Assembly (NCBI GenBank): GCA_965195285.1 | Contig: CBDAFS010000049.1 | Coordinates: 18,452 to 82,451 of the forward strand | Origin: an uncultured Aminicenantes bacterium | GTDB lineage: Bacteria > Acidobacteriota > Aminicenantia > UBA2199 | DNA length: 64,000 nucleotides | Direction: 5' to 3' | Shown here: one piece after another, positions 38,372 to 48,128 of the stretch | How positions within the stretch are numbered: position 1 is the first letter of the stretch | Layout of the letters: each line of letters opens with the position of its first letter | Position numbers and translations under genes: made by a program | The notes under the pieces: generated by a model | Database searches by the model: none | What the model saw: the letters and a program-made list of their open reading frames with translations, nothing else | What the model was told of the DNA's origin: nothing

Positions 38372-38895
38372 TGATGAGTTTAAAAAGAATCAAGTCGATA
38401 ACGCTGTTATGGGTGGGTTTGCTGTTCCTGACCGGCTGTGGCTATCAGTTGTCCGGCCGCGGAAGTCAAATCCCCGATCATATCAAGAGCATCTATATAC
38501 CTGATTTTGATAATAAAACCTCTCTGTCTCAGGCCGAGCAGTATGTAACTTTTGCCATCCGGGATGAATTTATAAAGCGCAGCCGACTAAAATTGATTGA
38601 AAACCTGTCAGAAGCGGATTCAAGCCTGGAAGGTGAAATTTCCTATTTTGATGTCAAGCCTCTGAACATATCCCAGGCAGGTCAATCCAATCTCTATAAC
38701 TTAAGAATCAGGCTAAAGGTCAGGTTCATTGATTTGAAAACCAATCAGATCATTTATGAAAATAAAAATGTCAGTTTCTCCCAGCAGTATGAAATTGATA
38801 CCGGTGATTTTTTTTCACAGGCGGCCGAAGCTCTGATAAAAATTTCAGCAGAATTCTCCGATAGCATTGTGTCAATCATGCTTGAAAATTTTTAA
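38371..38895 (+). CDS. lptE: LPS assembly lipoprotein LptE
   Basis: Lipobox LTGCGY. Canonical leuS-lptE-holA order. Confidence 0.8.
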   Translation: MMSLKRIKSITLLWVGLLFLTGCGYQLSGRGSQIPDHIKSIYIPDFDNKTSLSQAEQYVTFAIRDEFIKRSRLKLIENLSEADSSLEGEISYFDVKPLNISQAGQSNLYNLRIRLKVRFIDLKTNQIIYENKNVSFSQQYEIDTGDFFSQAAEALIKISAEFSDSIVSIMLENF

Positions 38896-38937
38896 CCAAT
38901 ACCCGGAATCATGACCCGATGATCATATACAGCTAAA

Positions 38938-40014
38938 ATGATCGGAATAACCTTTTTTGAGTTAATGAAACAAATCAAATCGGGTAGTGGAAATTTCTGC
39001 TTTACCATATTGCATGGTTTTAATGAGTTTCTGGGTGAACAGCTCATTGATTCTTTCTGCAGCCACTTTTTGGAGAAAAAGAGTGATTTCAATTACCGAC
39101 GCTATTATTTTGATATGGACAATCAGGGCAATTGGGAAGAGATCATTCAGGATGCAAAGAGTTCCAGTTTTTTTATTCAATCCCGGAAAATTCTGGTTGC
39201 CGTGATCCGCGAGGAGAAGGGAATCAACTTGAATAAAACCGATAGGGAAATTTTAAAAGATTATTTAAAAAATCCAAACCCGAATACGGTTTTGATTCTG
39301 TATTTTTCTCTGAATTCCAGTAAAGACGAATACCGTCAAATAAAAAAATCCAAGATATCTCCACTTATCGAGCAGCTGGACTCATCCAGCACCTGCTGTG
39401 TTGATCTGGATCGGATTTCAGAGGCGGAGGTTAAAAATTACATGAGATCTTATTTAAAGGAAAGGGGTATTTCTATTACTGCCAGTGCCCTGGAGAAAAT
39501 CATTGAATTAAAGGGTGAGGATTATGCTTCGATTATCAACCAGTTGCCCAAACTCGAGATTGTCAGCCATCAGGAGAACAGCCTGGATACCGAGGATATT
39601 GAGATGATTGTTACCGGAATCGAACCCCATTCAATCTGGGATCTGACCGAGGCCATTGAGAATGAGGATACCCCCAAATATCTAGAGATCTTGAAATATC
39701 TTTTCATAAACGGGGTAAAACCCACTTTTATCCTGGGTACGCTGATCACCCATTACAATAAAATATTCACGGCAAAATTCTTATTAAAACACAATTTTCC
39801 GGTTAACGATATTGGTAAGGTCTTGCAGCAACCCCATTTTATTTTGAATAAATTTATCCATTCGGTCAGGAATTTCTCAGATGCCAAGCTGCAGCAAATT
39901 TTAAAAATTATTTACCAAATCGATCTGGAATTGAAAACCGGAGGAGAGGAAACCGCCCGCTTATCACTTCAGAATTTTATTTTCCAGATAAAATTGATAT
40001 CCAGAAAATATTGA
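38938..40014 (+). CDS. holA: DNA polymerase III subunit delta
   Basis: Position after lptE, SIWDLTEAI, and C-terminal DLELKTG. Confidence 0.8.
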   Translation: MIGITFFELMKQIKSGSGNFCFTILHGFNEFLGEQLIDSFCSHFLEKKSDFNYRRYYFDMDNQGNWEEIIQDAKSSSFFIQSRKILVAVIREEKGINLNKTDREILKDYLKNPNPNTVLILYFSLNSSKDEYRQIKKSKISPLIEQLDSSSTCCVDLDRISEAEVKNYMRSYLKERGISITASALEKIIELKGEDYASIINQLPKLEIVSHQENSLDTEDIEMIVTGIEPHSIWDLTEAIENEDTPKYLEILKYLFINGVKPTFILGTLITHYNKIFTAKFLLKHNFPVNDIGKVLQQPHFILNKFIHSVRNFSDAKLQQILKIIYQIDLELKTGGEETARLSLQNFIFQIKLISRKY

Positions 40015-40137
40015 AAATCCCGGCTACCGGTGCAATAAGTTAGATTCGAGGAACCGGGGCCAGTTGTTTTGTCCGTTTCTGGATTCAGGTCAGCCAAAGC
40101 ATCTCAATAAAAAAAACAATAAATATAACCATACTGG

Positions 40138-40183
40138 TTGACATTATTGTTTAACAGTTTATAATATATTAAATTGTTAAACA
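40138..40183 (+). promoter_or_regulatory. Sigma70 promoter (TTGACA-N16-TATAAT) overlapped by a 14-bp inverted repeat, probable ArsR operator
   Basis: TGTTTAACAGTTTA (40148-40161), N8, TAAATTGTTAAACA (40170-40183), with one mismatch. Covers the -10 box and the start codon. Confidence 0.65.
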
Positions 40184-40515
40184 TTATAATTGAAGATATA
40201 AAAAAACAGTTCAAAGAAAATGAAAAGGTATGTGAAAAAGTTATTAATTTGTTCTCTCTCATTTCCAATAAAACCCGCTTTAGAATTCTCTGCCTGTTAA
40301 AGGAGGGTGATTTTTGTGTGAATGATATTGTTGATATCATTCAACTGTGCAAAATTTCCAATATTTCACAACAATTGAGGCTTTTAACCATGGCCGGATT
40401 GTTGGAAAAAAGGAGAGTTCAAAAGAAAATATTTTATCACCTGAAAGATGAAAATGTAAAAAAAATGATAATTTTTTTAGAAGAAAATTATTTAAAAAAA
40501 GGAACAGAATTATGA
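40174..40515 (+). CDS. ArsR/SmtB family transcriptional repressor
   Basis: SNKTRFRILCLL, ISQQLRLL..AGL, KKIFYHL. Confidence 0.85.
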   Translation: MLNIIIEDIKKQFKENEKVCEKVINLFSLISNKTRFRILCLLKEGDFCVNDIVDIIQLCKISNISQQLRLLTMAGLLEKRRVQKKIFYHLKDENVKKMIIFLEENYLKKGTEL

Positions 40516-41771
40516 AAAAGATTGTGATTTTGGGTGCCGGAACCGCCGGGACCATGATGGCCAATCACCTAACCAGGAAGATTAACCACCGGGAATGGTC
40601 GATTACCATTGTTGATGAGCATCGGAGCCATTATTACCAGCCTGGGTTTCTCTTGTTGCCCTTCGGATTCTATTCCGAAAAGGATGTGGTCCGAAGCAAA
40701 GCCGATTTCATTCCCGGGAAGGTTGAATTCTTGATGGAAAAGGTGGAGCTCATCGATTCCCGGAACAACCGTATTCAATTGTTAAACGGTAAAAAATTGG
40801 ATTATCATATCCTGATTGTGGCTACCGGGGCCAAAATTGTGCCCGATGAAATCGAAGGACTTGATGATACCTGGTTAAAGGATATATTTGATTTTTATAC
40901 CATTGAAGGGGCCAAGGCCCTGGGTGAAAAACTGAACGGCTGGAAAGGGGGTAAAATGGTAATCCATCTGGCGGAAATGCCCATCAAATGCCCGGTGGCT
41001 CCGCTGGAATTCACCTTTTTAAGCGATTGGTTTTTTAAAAAACACGGCTTGAGAGACCGGGTGGACCTGACCTACGTTACTCCCCTTTCCGGGGCCTTCA
41101 CCAAACAAAATTGTAGCAATGTATTGGGCCATTTGCTGAAAGAAAAAAACATCAACCTGGTGACGGATTTCAATATTGAACGGGTGGATTCTCAACGGAA
41201 GCAGATGGTCTCCTATGATGAAAAGAAAGTGGATTACGATCTCCTGGTCACGGTTCCCACCAACATGGGGGATGACCTGATCGAACGATCGGGTATGGGA
41301 GATGATCTGAATTTCATTCCAACCGACAAGCATACTCTGCAGTCCAAAGAGCACGAAAATATCTTTGTACTGGGTGATGCTGCTGATGTCCCCACTTCAA
41401 AAGCCGGATCTGTGGCTCACTTTCAGGCCGAGGTTTTAATCCAGAACCTGTTGGGCTTCATGGCCGGGAAACCACTCCGGGAATCCTATGATGGCCATGC
41501 CAATTGTTTTATTGAATCGGGTGAGGGCAAGGCCTTTTTGATTGATTTTAATTATGATATCGAACCGGTGGAAGGGCATTTTCCGGTTCCCCTGCTGGGA
41601 CCCTTCTCTTTGCTAAAGGAAACCCGGATCAATCACTGGGGCAAACTGGCCTTCAGGTGGATATACTGGAACCTGTTGTTAAAAGGCAGGCCGATTCCCG
41701 GAATTACTACCCATATGACCAAAGTTGGAAAAAAATTAACCAGTTTAAATAAGGAGTACACACATGCCTAA
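40512..41771 (+). CDS. sqr: Sulfide:quinone oxidoreductase-like flavoprotein (type III)
   Basis: GAGTAG, HYYQPG, KCPVAPLE, GDA...TSKAGS, YDGHANCFIE. Confidence 0.8.
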   Translation: MKKIVILGAGTAGTMMANHLTRKINHREWSITIVDEHRSHYYQPGFLLLPFGFYSEKDVVRSKADFIPGKVEFLMEKVELIDSRNNRIQLLNGKKLDYHILIVATGAKIVPDEIEGLDDTWLKDIFDFYTIEGAKALGEKLNGWKGGKMVIHLAEMPIKCPVAPLEFTFLSDWFFKKHGLRDRVDLTYVTPLSGAFTKQNCSNVLGHLLKEKNINLVTDFNIERVDSQRKQMVSYDEKKVDYDLLVTVPTNMGDDLIERSGMGDDLNFIPTDKHTLQSKEHENIFVLGDAADVPTSKAGSVAHFQAEVLIQNLLGFMAGKPLRESYDGHANCFIESGEGKAFLIDFNYDIEPVEGHFPVPLLGPFSLLKETRINHWGKLAFRWIYWNLLLKGRPIPGITTHMTKVGKKLTSLNKEYTHA

Positions 41772-42081
41772 GAAAGAAATTGCCGGCGTTAACGTCGATG
41801 TCAATGAAGAAGGTTACCTGACAGACTCTTCACAGTGGAACCGAGAGATTGCCATTGCCATTGCCAAGGGTGAGGGTATTGCGATCCTCAATGATTTTCA
41901 CTGGCAGGTGATTGAATTTTTACAAAAAGACTTTGAGGAAAAGGGAACCCTGCCGACCATCAGACGGATAAATAAGACAGGCGGGATTTCCACCAAGGAA
42001 CTCTATGAATATTTTCCGGATGGTCCACTGAAAAAAGCCTCGAAAATTGCCGGCCTTTCCAAGCCACAAAGTTGCGTTTAA
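41764..42081 (+). CDS. TusE/DsrC family sulfur relay protein
   Basis: EEGYL...W, HWQVI.FL, LYEYFP.GP, AGLSKPQSCV (terminal Cys only). Confidence 0.88.
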   Translation: MPKKEIAGVNVDVNEEGYLTDSSQWNREIAIAIAKGEGIAILNDFHWQVIEFLQKDFEEKGTLPTIRRINKTGGISTKELYEYFPDGPLKKASKIAGLSKPQSCV

Positions 42082-42091
42082 GGAGATAACC

Positions 42092-42568
42092 ATGTCTACA
42101 GAAAATGAAAAAATCAAAAAAGTGTCCATCATTTGCTCCAAGGGCTCTCTGGACGGTATCTATCCGGCTCTGATCATGGCCAACGGTGCCCGCATGGAGG
42201 GCATTGAGGCATCCATCTTTTTTACTTTTTTCGGTTTGGACGCGATTACCAAAAAGAGGATGAAAAAAATAAAGGTTTCCACGGTTGGAAATCCGGGTAT
42301 GCACATGCCCACTCTGTTAGGAGCGATTCCGGGAATGTCAGCCATGGCAACCGCCATGATGAATAAAAAGATGAATGATTTGGATATTCCTCCTATCCCG
42401 GAATTCATCGAGATGATCTATGATGCCGGAGCCAAACTGTATGGCTGCAAAGCCTCAGTGGATATGTTCGGATTGAAACCGGAAGATTTTTGCGAACAGG
42501 TTGAAAAAGTACTGACTGTGGGTGAATTTTACCACCTGTCGGCAGGTGCCCAGATCATTTTTACCTGA
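42092..42568 (+). CDS. DsrE2/DrsH-like sulfur carrier
   Basis: ICSKGSLD, FFTFFGLD, LYGCKAS. Start set at ATG 42092 after SD aaggag. Confidence 0.85.
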   Translation: MSTENEKIKKVSIICSKGSLDGIYPALIMANGARMEGIEASIFFTFFGLDAITKKRMKKIKVSTVGNPGMHMPTLLGAIPGMSAMATAMMNKKMNDLDIPPIPEFIEMIYDAGAKLYGCKASVDMFGLKPEDFCEQVEKVLTVGEFYHLSAGAQIIFT

Positions 42569-42603
42569 TAATTCGAATTTCTCGGCTTTTCATATATTCT
42601 TTG

Positions 42604-44076
42604 TCAGCGGCTGAGGTACTGATGCATGTGTTCGGCAGCCACCTTGCCGTCGCCCATGGCCAGGATGACCGTTGCCCCGCCCCGGACAATGTCCCCACCG
42701 GCAAAAATTTCCGGTATGGAGGACTGCATGGTGTTTTCATCCACCACCAGGGTTCCCCAGCGGGTAACTTCAAGTTCGGGAATGGACTGGGGGATAATGG
42801 GATTGGGAGCGGTTCCGATTCCCACCACTACGATATCCACATCGATGTCATACTCTGAACCGGCAATGGGCATGGGTCTGCGTCTCCCGGAATTATCGGG
42901 TTCGCCCAGTTCCATTTTCTGAATCCGCATGGATTTCACCCGGCCCTCGGAATCACCGAAATATTCGATGGGATTGTTCAGGGTCATAAATTCGATACCC
43001 TCTTCCTTGGCATGGTGCACTTCCTCGATTCGGGCCGGCATTTCTTTTTCGGATCTGCGGTAAATGATCATGGCCCTTTCTGCTCCCAGCCTCTTGGCGG
43101 TTCGAACCGAATCCATAGCGGTATTGCCCCCACCCAGCACCGCCACATGATTGCCGCGGACAATAGGGGTATCATATTCCGGGAATTTGAAAGCCTTCAT
43201 CAGGTTGACCCGGGTGAGATACTCATTGGATGAATAGATGCCGATTAAGTTCTCTCCGGGGATATTCATGAATTTGGGAAGCCCGGCTCCACTGCCCACG
43301 TAAAATCCTTTGTATCCCTCCGCTTTCAATTCCTCGATGGTTATGGTTTTTCCCACAATGATATTCTTTCTAAATTCGACTCCCATTTTTTCAAGAACAC
43401 CGATCTCGGTTCTGACGATTTCCTTGGGCAATCTGAATTCCGGAATCCCGTAGACCAGAACTCCCCCGTATTCGTGAAGGGCTTCAAAAACAGTGACATC
43501 ATAACCCAGCTTGACCATTTCTCCGGCCAGAGTGAGCCCGGAAGGTCCCGAACCGATCACCGCCACTTTGATGTTATTCTTTTTTGCGGTTTTGGGAACG
43601 AATATGTTGCCGCTGTTTCGTTCGTAATCCGAGGTAAATCTTTCCAGATGCCCGATGGCCACCGGGGGTTTTTTCATTTTATTGTAAATGCATTTGATTT
43701 CGCACTGGGTTTCCTGGGGACATACCCGGCCGCAAATGGCCGGCAGGGCATTGGTTTGCTTCAATACTTCTGCTGATTTTAAAAAATCACCCTTCTCAAT
43801 ATATTTGATAAACCCGGGAATGTTAATATTGACCGGACAGCCTGAAATACAGGTGGGGGTTGGACAGTCAATGCAGCGGGATGCTTCCAGAATGGCCTGC
43901 TTTTCCGACAGTCCTTTGTTGACTTCAAAGAAATTCTGATTTCGTTTCAGAGGGGGATTTTCCGGCATCTTTACCCGATCGATATTGGACCTTTCCTTGG
44001 CCCCTTTTGATTTTCTCAGTTGATCCCGCCATTCTTGAGCTCGGTCTTTTTTTAATTCCTCATAGTTGACTGGCAT
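42604..44076 (-). CDS. nfnB: NADPH-dependent GltA/SudA-family subunit (NfnB)
   Basis: CIDC...C..GCP, CGRVCPQE.QCE, GSGPSG, YGIPEFRL, GGGNTAMD, GGDIVRGGATV. Confidence 0.85.
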   Translation of the reverse strand: MPVNYEELKKDRAQEWRDQLRKSKGAKERSNIDRVKMPENPPLKRNQNFFEVNKGLSEKQAILEASRCIDCPTPTCISGCPVNINIPGFIKYIEKGDFLKSAEVLKQTNALPAICGRVCPQETQCEIKCIYNKMKKPPVAIGHLERFTSDYERNSGNIFVPKTAKKNNIKVAVIGSGPSGLTLAGEMVKLGYDVTVFEALHEYGGVLVYGIPEFRLPKEIVRTEIGVLEKMGVEFRKNIIVGKTITIEELKAEGYKGFYVGSGAGLPKFMNIPGENLIGIYSSNEYLTRVNLMKAFKFPEYDTPIVRGNHVAVLGGGNTAMDSVRTAKRLGAERAMIIYRRSEKEMPARIEEVHHAKEEGIEFMTLNNPIEYFGDSEGRVKSMRIQKMELGEPDNSGRRRPMPIAGSEYDIDVDIVVVGIGTAPNPIIPQSIPELEVTRWGTLVVDENTMQSSIPEIFAGGDIVRGGATVILAMGDGKVAAEHMHQYLSR

Positions 44077-44085
44077 GTGGTCTCC

Positions 44086-44913
44086 TTATCCAATTTCCTT
44101 CTGATAATTTGAGTACGAAATCTCTTCTTCTTTTTTATAAGCATTTAAACGTTTCAGCATCTCATCAAAATCGACCTGGTGGGCATCAAATTCCGGCCCT
44201 TCCACGCAGACAAATTTGGTTTTTCCGCCTACACTGATTCGGCAGGCCCCGCACATGCCGGTTCCATCCACCATAATGGTATTCAGGCTGGCAATGGTGG
44301 GGATTTTATATTTCTGGGTGAGCAGGGCAACGAATTTCATCATGATGGCCGGACCAATGGTCACCACCTCATTGACCTTTTCCCTTTTAATAACATTTTC
44401 AATTCCAGTGGTAATCAATCCTTTTTGACCATAGGATCCATCATCGGTCATGATTATAATCTCATCGGCAAAAGCACTCATTTCTTTTTCCAGAAGGATC
44501 AGGTCTTTACTGCGAGCAGCCAGAATCACGATCAGTTTATTTCCCGCTTCCTTCAGGGCTTTGGCAATGGGATACAGGGGGGCAATTCCCACCCCGCCTC
44601 CGGCCGCAATAACCGTACCGACCTTTTCGATTTTGGTGGCCTTTCCCATGGGGCCGACCAGATCCATAATAGAATCACCTTTCTTCAGATTGAACATTTT
44701 ATGGGACGTCGTACCGACCTTCTGAATAACCAGGGTAATGGTACCGGATTGGGTATCGGCATCGGCAATGGTGAGGGGTATGCGCTCACCCTTTTCAGAA
44801 ATTTTAACGATTACAAATTGTCCTGCTTTCCTGCTTTTTGCTATGGCCTGACCTTCGATAACCAGTTTGACCACATTCTCGGATAGAATTTCCTTTTCAA
44901 TTATTTTGTACAT
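44086..44913 (-). CDS. nfnA: SudB-like FAD/[2Fe-2S] subunit (NfnA)
   Basis: GQFV, ERIPLTIAD, GGGVG, MVDGTGMCGACR, CVEGPEFD. Start moved to MYKIIEK at 44913. Confidence 0.88.
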   Translation of the reverse strand: MYKIIEKEILSENVVKLVIEGQAIAKSRKAGQFVIVKISEKGERIPLTIADADTQSGTITLVIQKVGTTSHKMFNLKKGDSIMDLVGPMGKATKIEKVGTVIAAGGGVGIAPLYPIAKALKEAGNKLIVILAARSKDLILLEKEMSAFADEIIIMTDDGSYGQKGLITTGIENVIKREKVNEVVTIGPAIMMKFVALLTQKYKIPTIASLNTIMVDGTGMCGACRISVGGKTKFVCVEGPEFDAHQVDFDEMLKRLNAYKKEEEISYSNYQKEIG

Positions 44914-45058
44914 CAAGCGACCTCCAAAATTATTAAGGTTACAACATATCAAAAAATCGGGCAAATTTCAATTCAAAAAAATTGTTTTTCATTTCATATC
45001 AAATGCGACCGGGATATGATAAAATCAAAAATATGGCCAGGCCAAGGCGATTACCGAA

Positions 45059-45682
45059 GTGAAAACAAAGGAATTTCTGATCAAACGGACTATCGGCTCA
45101 GTGGTTTTTTATCCGGTTTTGATATGGGTTCTGGTTTTTAATAATTGTGTGCCCAAAAGATATACCCTGAATCTGGATGTACCCGGATTCCATCATTCCA
45201 TCCGCTTGAAATTCAGTTTAAAAAATGACCGTGAGCGGCAGAGCGGAAAGATTGTGATGAAGTTTGATTCCCGTCGGGCCAAAATTCTTTTTCTGTCCCC
45301 TTTGAATCAGGTCTATTTCAAATTGCTGGTGGAAAACAACCGGGGTATCCTGATCAACACCAGGGAAAAAAAATACTGGGAAGGCGGATTTGATGAATTA
45401 CTGAAGAAAATGTGGGATATGAATTTATGTTTTGATGACCTGAAACGGTTGCTTCACCTGGGGGTCATACCCCGGCAAAAATTAAAGGCTTCTGGATTTC
45501 AACTGGAACTGGAAAAGGACCGGGAGTCCGGAAACCCGACCCGGGTTATCCTGAGCAATGACCAGGTTATTCTGAATTTGAAAATTCTCAACCGGCGTCA
45601 GAAAAAAGGAACGGTTCAATTCTATCTGGATGCCTCCAGGATGACCCGGAGTAAAATTGAACAGGTGCTGATATATGATTAA
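45059..45682 (+). CDS. LolB-like / DUF4292-like lipoprotein
   Basis: Lipobox-like FNNC and LFLSPLNQ beta-rich region. Weak family assignment. Confidence 0.45.
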   Translation: MKTKEFLIKRTIGSVVFYPVLIWVLVFNNCVPKRYTLNLDVPGFHHSIRLKFSLKNDRERQSGKIVMKFDSRRAKILFLSPLNQVYFKLLVENNRGILINTREKKYWEGGFDELLKKMWDMNLCFDDLKRLLHLGVIPRQKLKASGFQLELEKDRESGNPTRVILSNDQVILNLKILNRRQKKGTVQFYLDASRMTRSKIEQVLIYD

Positions 45683-45686
45683 ATGA

Positions 45687-45705
45687 TGGGGGGGATCCCC
45701 CCCCA
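45687..45705. terminator. G7/C8 hairpin between convergent genes
   Basis: T-G7-AT-C8-A between stops at 45682 and 45714. Confidence 0.5.
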
Positions 45706-45713
45706 CCGGGATT

Positions 45714-46532
45714 TTACTTACGCTTCTTGATATAGATGTTGCCGTGATAGTTTTCGAAAAACATCTCAGGGCCTCCACCGTTAATATCGCCGTGAATGCT
45801 TTTGTCGATTCGTACCACATATTTACCTTCGACATTTTTCTTCTCGGTTTTGGTGGATTTGACCTGGGTTTTGATATCAAAGTCGGTATAGATATCTCCC
45901 CTTTCGGATTTCATTTTGAGACTGGCCTTGATGTTAGCCGGGAAGGTGATGTCAATATTACCATGATAGGTGGTAAAAGACATGGGTTTGTTGGGGGTAA
46001 TTTTATTGAATCCTGCTTTGATATAACCGTGGTGGGTGTTGGCCATGACGTGTCCGGAAATGTCGGAGAGGTCAATGGAGCCATGGTGGTTCTTGGCTTC
46101 GATCTCACCGGTTACCTGGTCAACCACTATATTGCCGTTGTGGTGGCAGCTGAGGTAAAGTGATGATTTGAAAGGTACCTTGATATCCATGTTGATCTTC
46201 TGGTGAAGGGAAGAGGATCTTATTTTCACGACATTGTCTTCCTCTTCGATGACCAGATTCATGGATGTGGCGGAAATGCGCCTGAGTCCCTGACTTTCTT
46301 TCACGTCTTTTTTTTTGTCAATTTTTTTTGTGACCACATCTGCTCTGATGATGACATCTTTGCCATTGTATCCGGTTACGGTGATGCCACCGCTAAACAG
46401 GCTGACTTTGATTGTACAGGGTGCGCCGGGATTGCTTAACGGAATGATCACATCTTCAGCAGCTGCTGACATGGTACCGGCAAATACCGTCAGCAGGAAC
46501 ACCATAAAGAAATGTTGGGTTATTTTTTTCAT
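45714..46532 (-). CDS. DUF4097 (putative adhesin) beta-repeat protein
   Basis: Signal peptide, repeated xHHG.I/YHGNI units, INGGGPE. Confidence 0.8.
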   Translation of the reverse strand: MKKITQHFFMVFLLTVFAGTMSAAAEDVIIPLSNPGAPCTIKVSLFSGGITVTGYNGKDVIIRADVVTKKIDKKKDVKESQGLRRISATSMNLVIEEEDNVVKIRSSSLHQKINMDIKVPFKSSLYLSCHHNGNIVVDQVTGEIEAKNHHGSIDLSDISGHVMANTHHGYIKAGFNKITPNKPMSFTTYHGNIDITFPANIKASLKMKSERGDIYTDFDIKTQVKSTKTEKKNVEGKYVVRIDKSIHGDINGGGPEMFFENYHGNIYIKKRK

Positions 46533-46581
46533 CTTATCCTCCTTTTATTTTTGATTGATGATAATATCACCGTGATTTTTT

Positions 46582-47424
46582 TCATATGTCGGCTCCTGTT
46601 TTCTCCAGTCCCGAAATCTGTTTCAGTGATAACTCTGCCTGGTTCCTGATCTCGGGTTCCAGTCCCTGCTGCTGCATGAGCTGTCGGAGGGCTCTTATGG
46701 CTCTTTTTTCCCTCAATTCCGATATGAGACTAATCAGGGCGGATTGAACCAGGGGGGAGTTTTGTCTGGCCAGCGATTGAATGATGCCCTGTTTCACCAG
46801 GGGGTGGTCACTGAAGAGATAAAGCGCATCCACAACAGCCAGCCGTACATTGACATTGTTGTCGGTGTTGAGAGTGTGCATCAGGATATCCAGGGTGTTG
46901 TTACTGGGGTTTTTAAGCATTGAACTCCAGGTTACTCCGTTGAGCCGGTCACTGGAAGACGGTTGATGCAGCATGGAAATGGCTGCTTGCTGGCGGATGT
47001 TCTGGTTTTCATTTTCGAGCACTCTTAATTCTGTCTTCAAGGTCTGAGGTGAAAACAAAATATACCCGGCAAAAAAGCCGGTCACAATAAAAACCAGGGA
47101 ATATGAAAATTGAAGCAGTGGTCTCCGTACCAACAGAGATCGGGAAATACGGGTGAGAAGATTGATTCCGGGTTTCGGTGGTTTTTTGGGTTGGAGACCT
47201 TCTTTAAAATCGGATAACATGGAATAAAATTGGGTTCTCAGCTGTTTGGCAGGTTGTTGTTCGGGCAATACGCCCAGTTTGATCCAGATTTCATTGAGGT
47301 TCTCCAGCTCTTCCCGGCAGTCCGCGCAGGAGGAAATATGGTTTTTAAATGACTGTCTGTCATTTGAATCCAGTTCTCCGGTCAGATAATCGGGAATTCG
47401 ATCCTTCATATGTTTGCAGTTCAT
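46582..47424 (-). CDS. Anti-sigma factor, zf-HC2 + TM + HEAT-repeat domain
   Basis: MNCKHMK...DYLTGEL...HISSCADC, a TM, DNNVNVRLAVVDAL, QNSPLVQ. Start at 47424 is ATGA-coupled to the sigma stop. Confidence 0.85.
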   Translation of the reverse strand: MNCKHMKDRIPDYLTGELDSNDRQSFKNHISSCADCREELENLNEIWIKLGVLPEQQPAKQLRTQFYSMLSDFKEGLQPKKPPKPGINLLTRISRSLLVRRPLLQFSYSLVFIVTGFFAGYILFSPQTLKTELRVLENENQNIRQQAAISMLHQPSSSDRLNGVTWSSMLKNPSNNTLDILMHTLNTDNNVNVRLAVVDALYLFSDHPLVKQGIIQSLARQNSPLVQSALISLISELREKRAIRALRQLMQQQGLEPEIRNQAELSLKQISGLEKTGADI

Positions 47425-47984
47425 GTCACACCTCCTCCGAGTTCGATATAATTTTTTCTTAAATCCTTTATGGCCCGGTGAACAGTGATCTTGATGGATT
47501 CGATACTGCACTCCAGGAGTTCGGCAATTTCCCGGTATTTTAGATTTTGAAAGCGGCTGAGAATAATAATTTCCCGTTTTTTCAGGGGAAGTTTTTCCAG
47601 CGCTTGATTCAGGACGGAAATATCCTCCTGATATTCGCTTTTCTGATCCGGCTCTTTCTCCGGGGATATCTCCTCCTGCCATTTTTCATCCAGGGGGAAC
47701 TCTTTTTTGGCTTTTCTCAGATGGTCTTTATGGGCATTCCTGGCGATCTGGTACATCCAGAACAAAAACTTGCTTTCTCCCCGGTAACTGGAGCGGTATT
47801 TCAGAATCCGATAGAAAATTTCCTGGACCAGATCCTCGCTGTTCGGAGCATTTCCGGTTAACCGCAGCAGAAAATTGAAAAGTTTCACATGGTGCCTTTC
47901 AAAAAGGATGGCTAACATTTCAACCTTGTCATTTTTTACTGCAGTCATAATATCTTCATCTGTTGAATGATTTAAAAACTTCAT
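47421..47984 (-). CDS. ECF RNA polymerase sigma factor
   Basis: LFERHH, SEDLVQEIF, WMYQIARN, LKYREIAELL. Confidence 0.92.
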   Translation of the reverse strand: MKFLNHSTDEDIMTAVKNDKVEMLAILFERHHVKLFNFLLRLTGNAPNSEDLVQEIFYRILKYRSSYRGESKFLFWMYQIARNAHKDHLRKAKKEFPLDEKWQEEISPEKEPDQKSEYQEDISVLNQALEKLPLKKREIIILSRFQNLKYREIAELLECSIESIKITVHRAIKDLRKNYIELGGGVT

Positions 47985-48039
47985 GTCCTCTGTTATTTCT
48001 TCTCTTTATTTTGCATAAATTTGGTTTCCAGAAAAGTAA

Positions 48040-48065
48040 TACTCGATATGATGAAAAAGGTTACA
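48040..48065 (-). promoter_or_regulatory. Candidate autoregulatory ECF promoter TGTAACC-N13-CGAGTA
   Basis: Minus strand tgtaacc tttttcatcatat cgagta upstream of the sigma gene. Confidence 0.4.
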
Positions 48066-48128
48066 CCCAAAAGTCCGGTAATTCTGATTCTGACTGGATG
48101 GTTCTGAAGTAATCAGGGTGATGGGATT

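Noticed and set aside
47425-47682. N-terminal extension of the HEAT anti-sigma ORF
   Set aside because: Overlaps the sigma gene in another frame. The ATGA-coupled start at 47424 gives a canonical zf-HC2 N-terminus.
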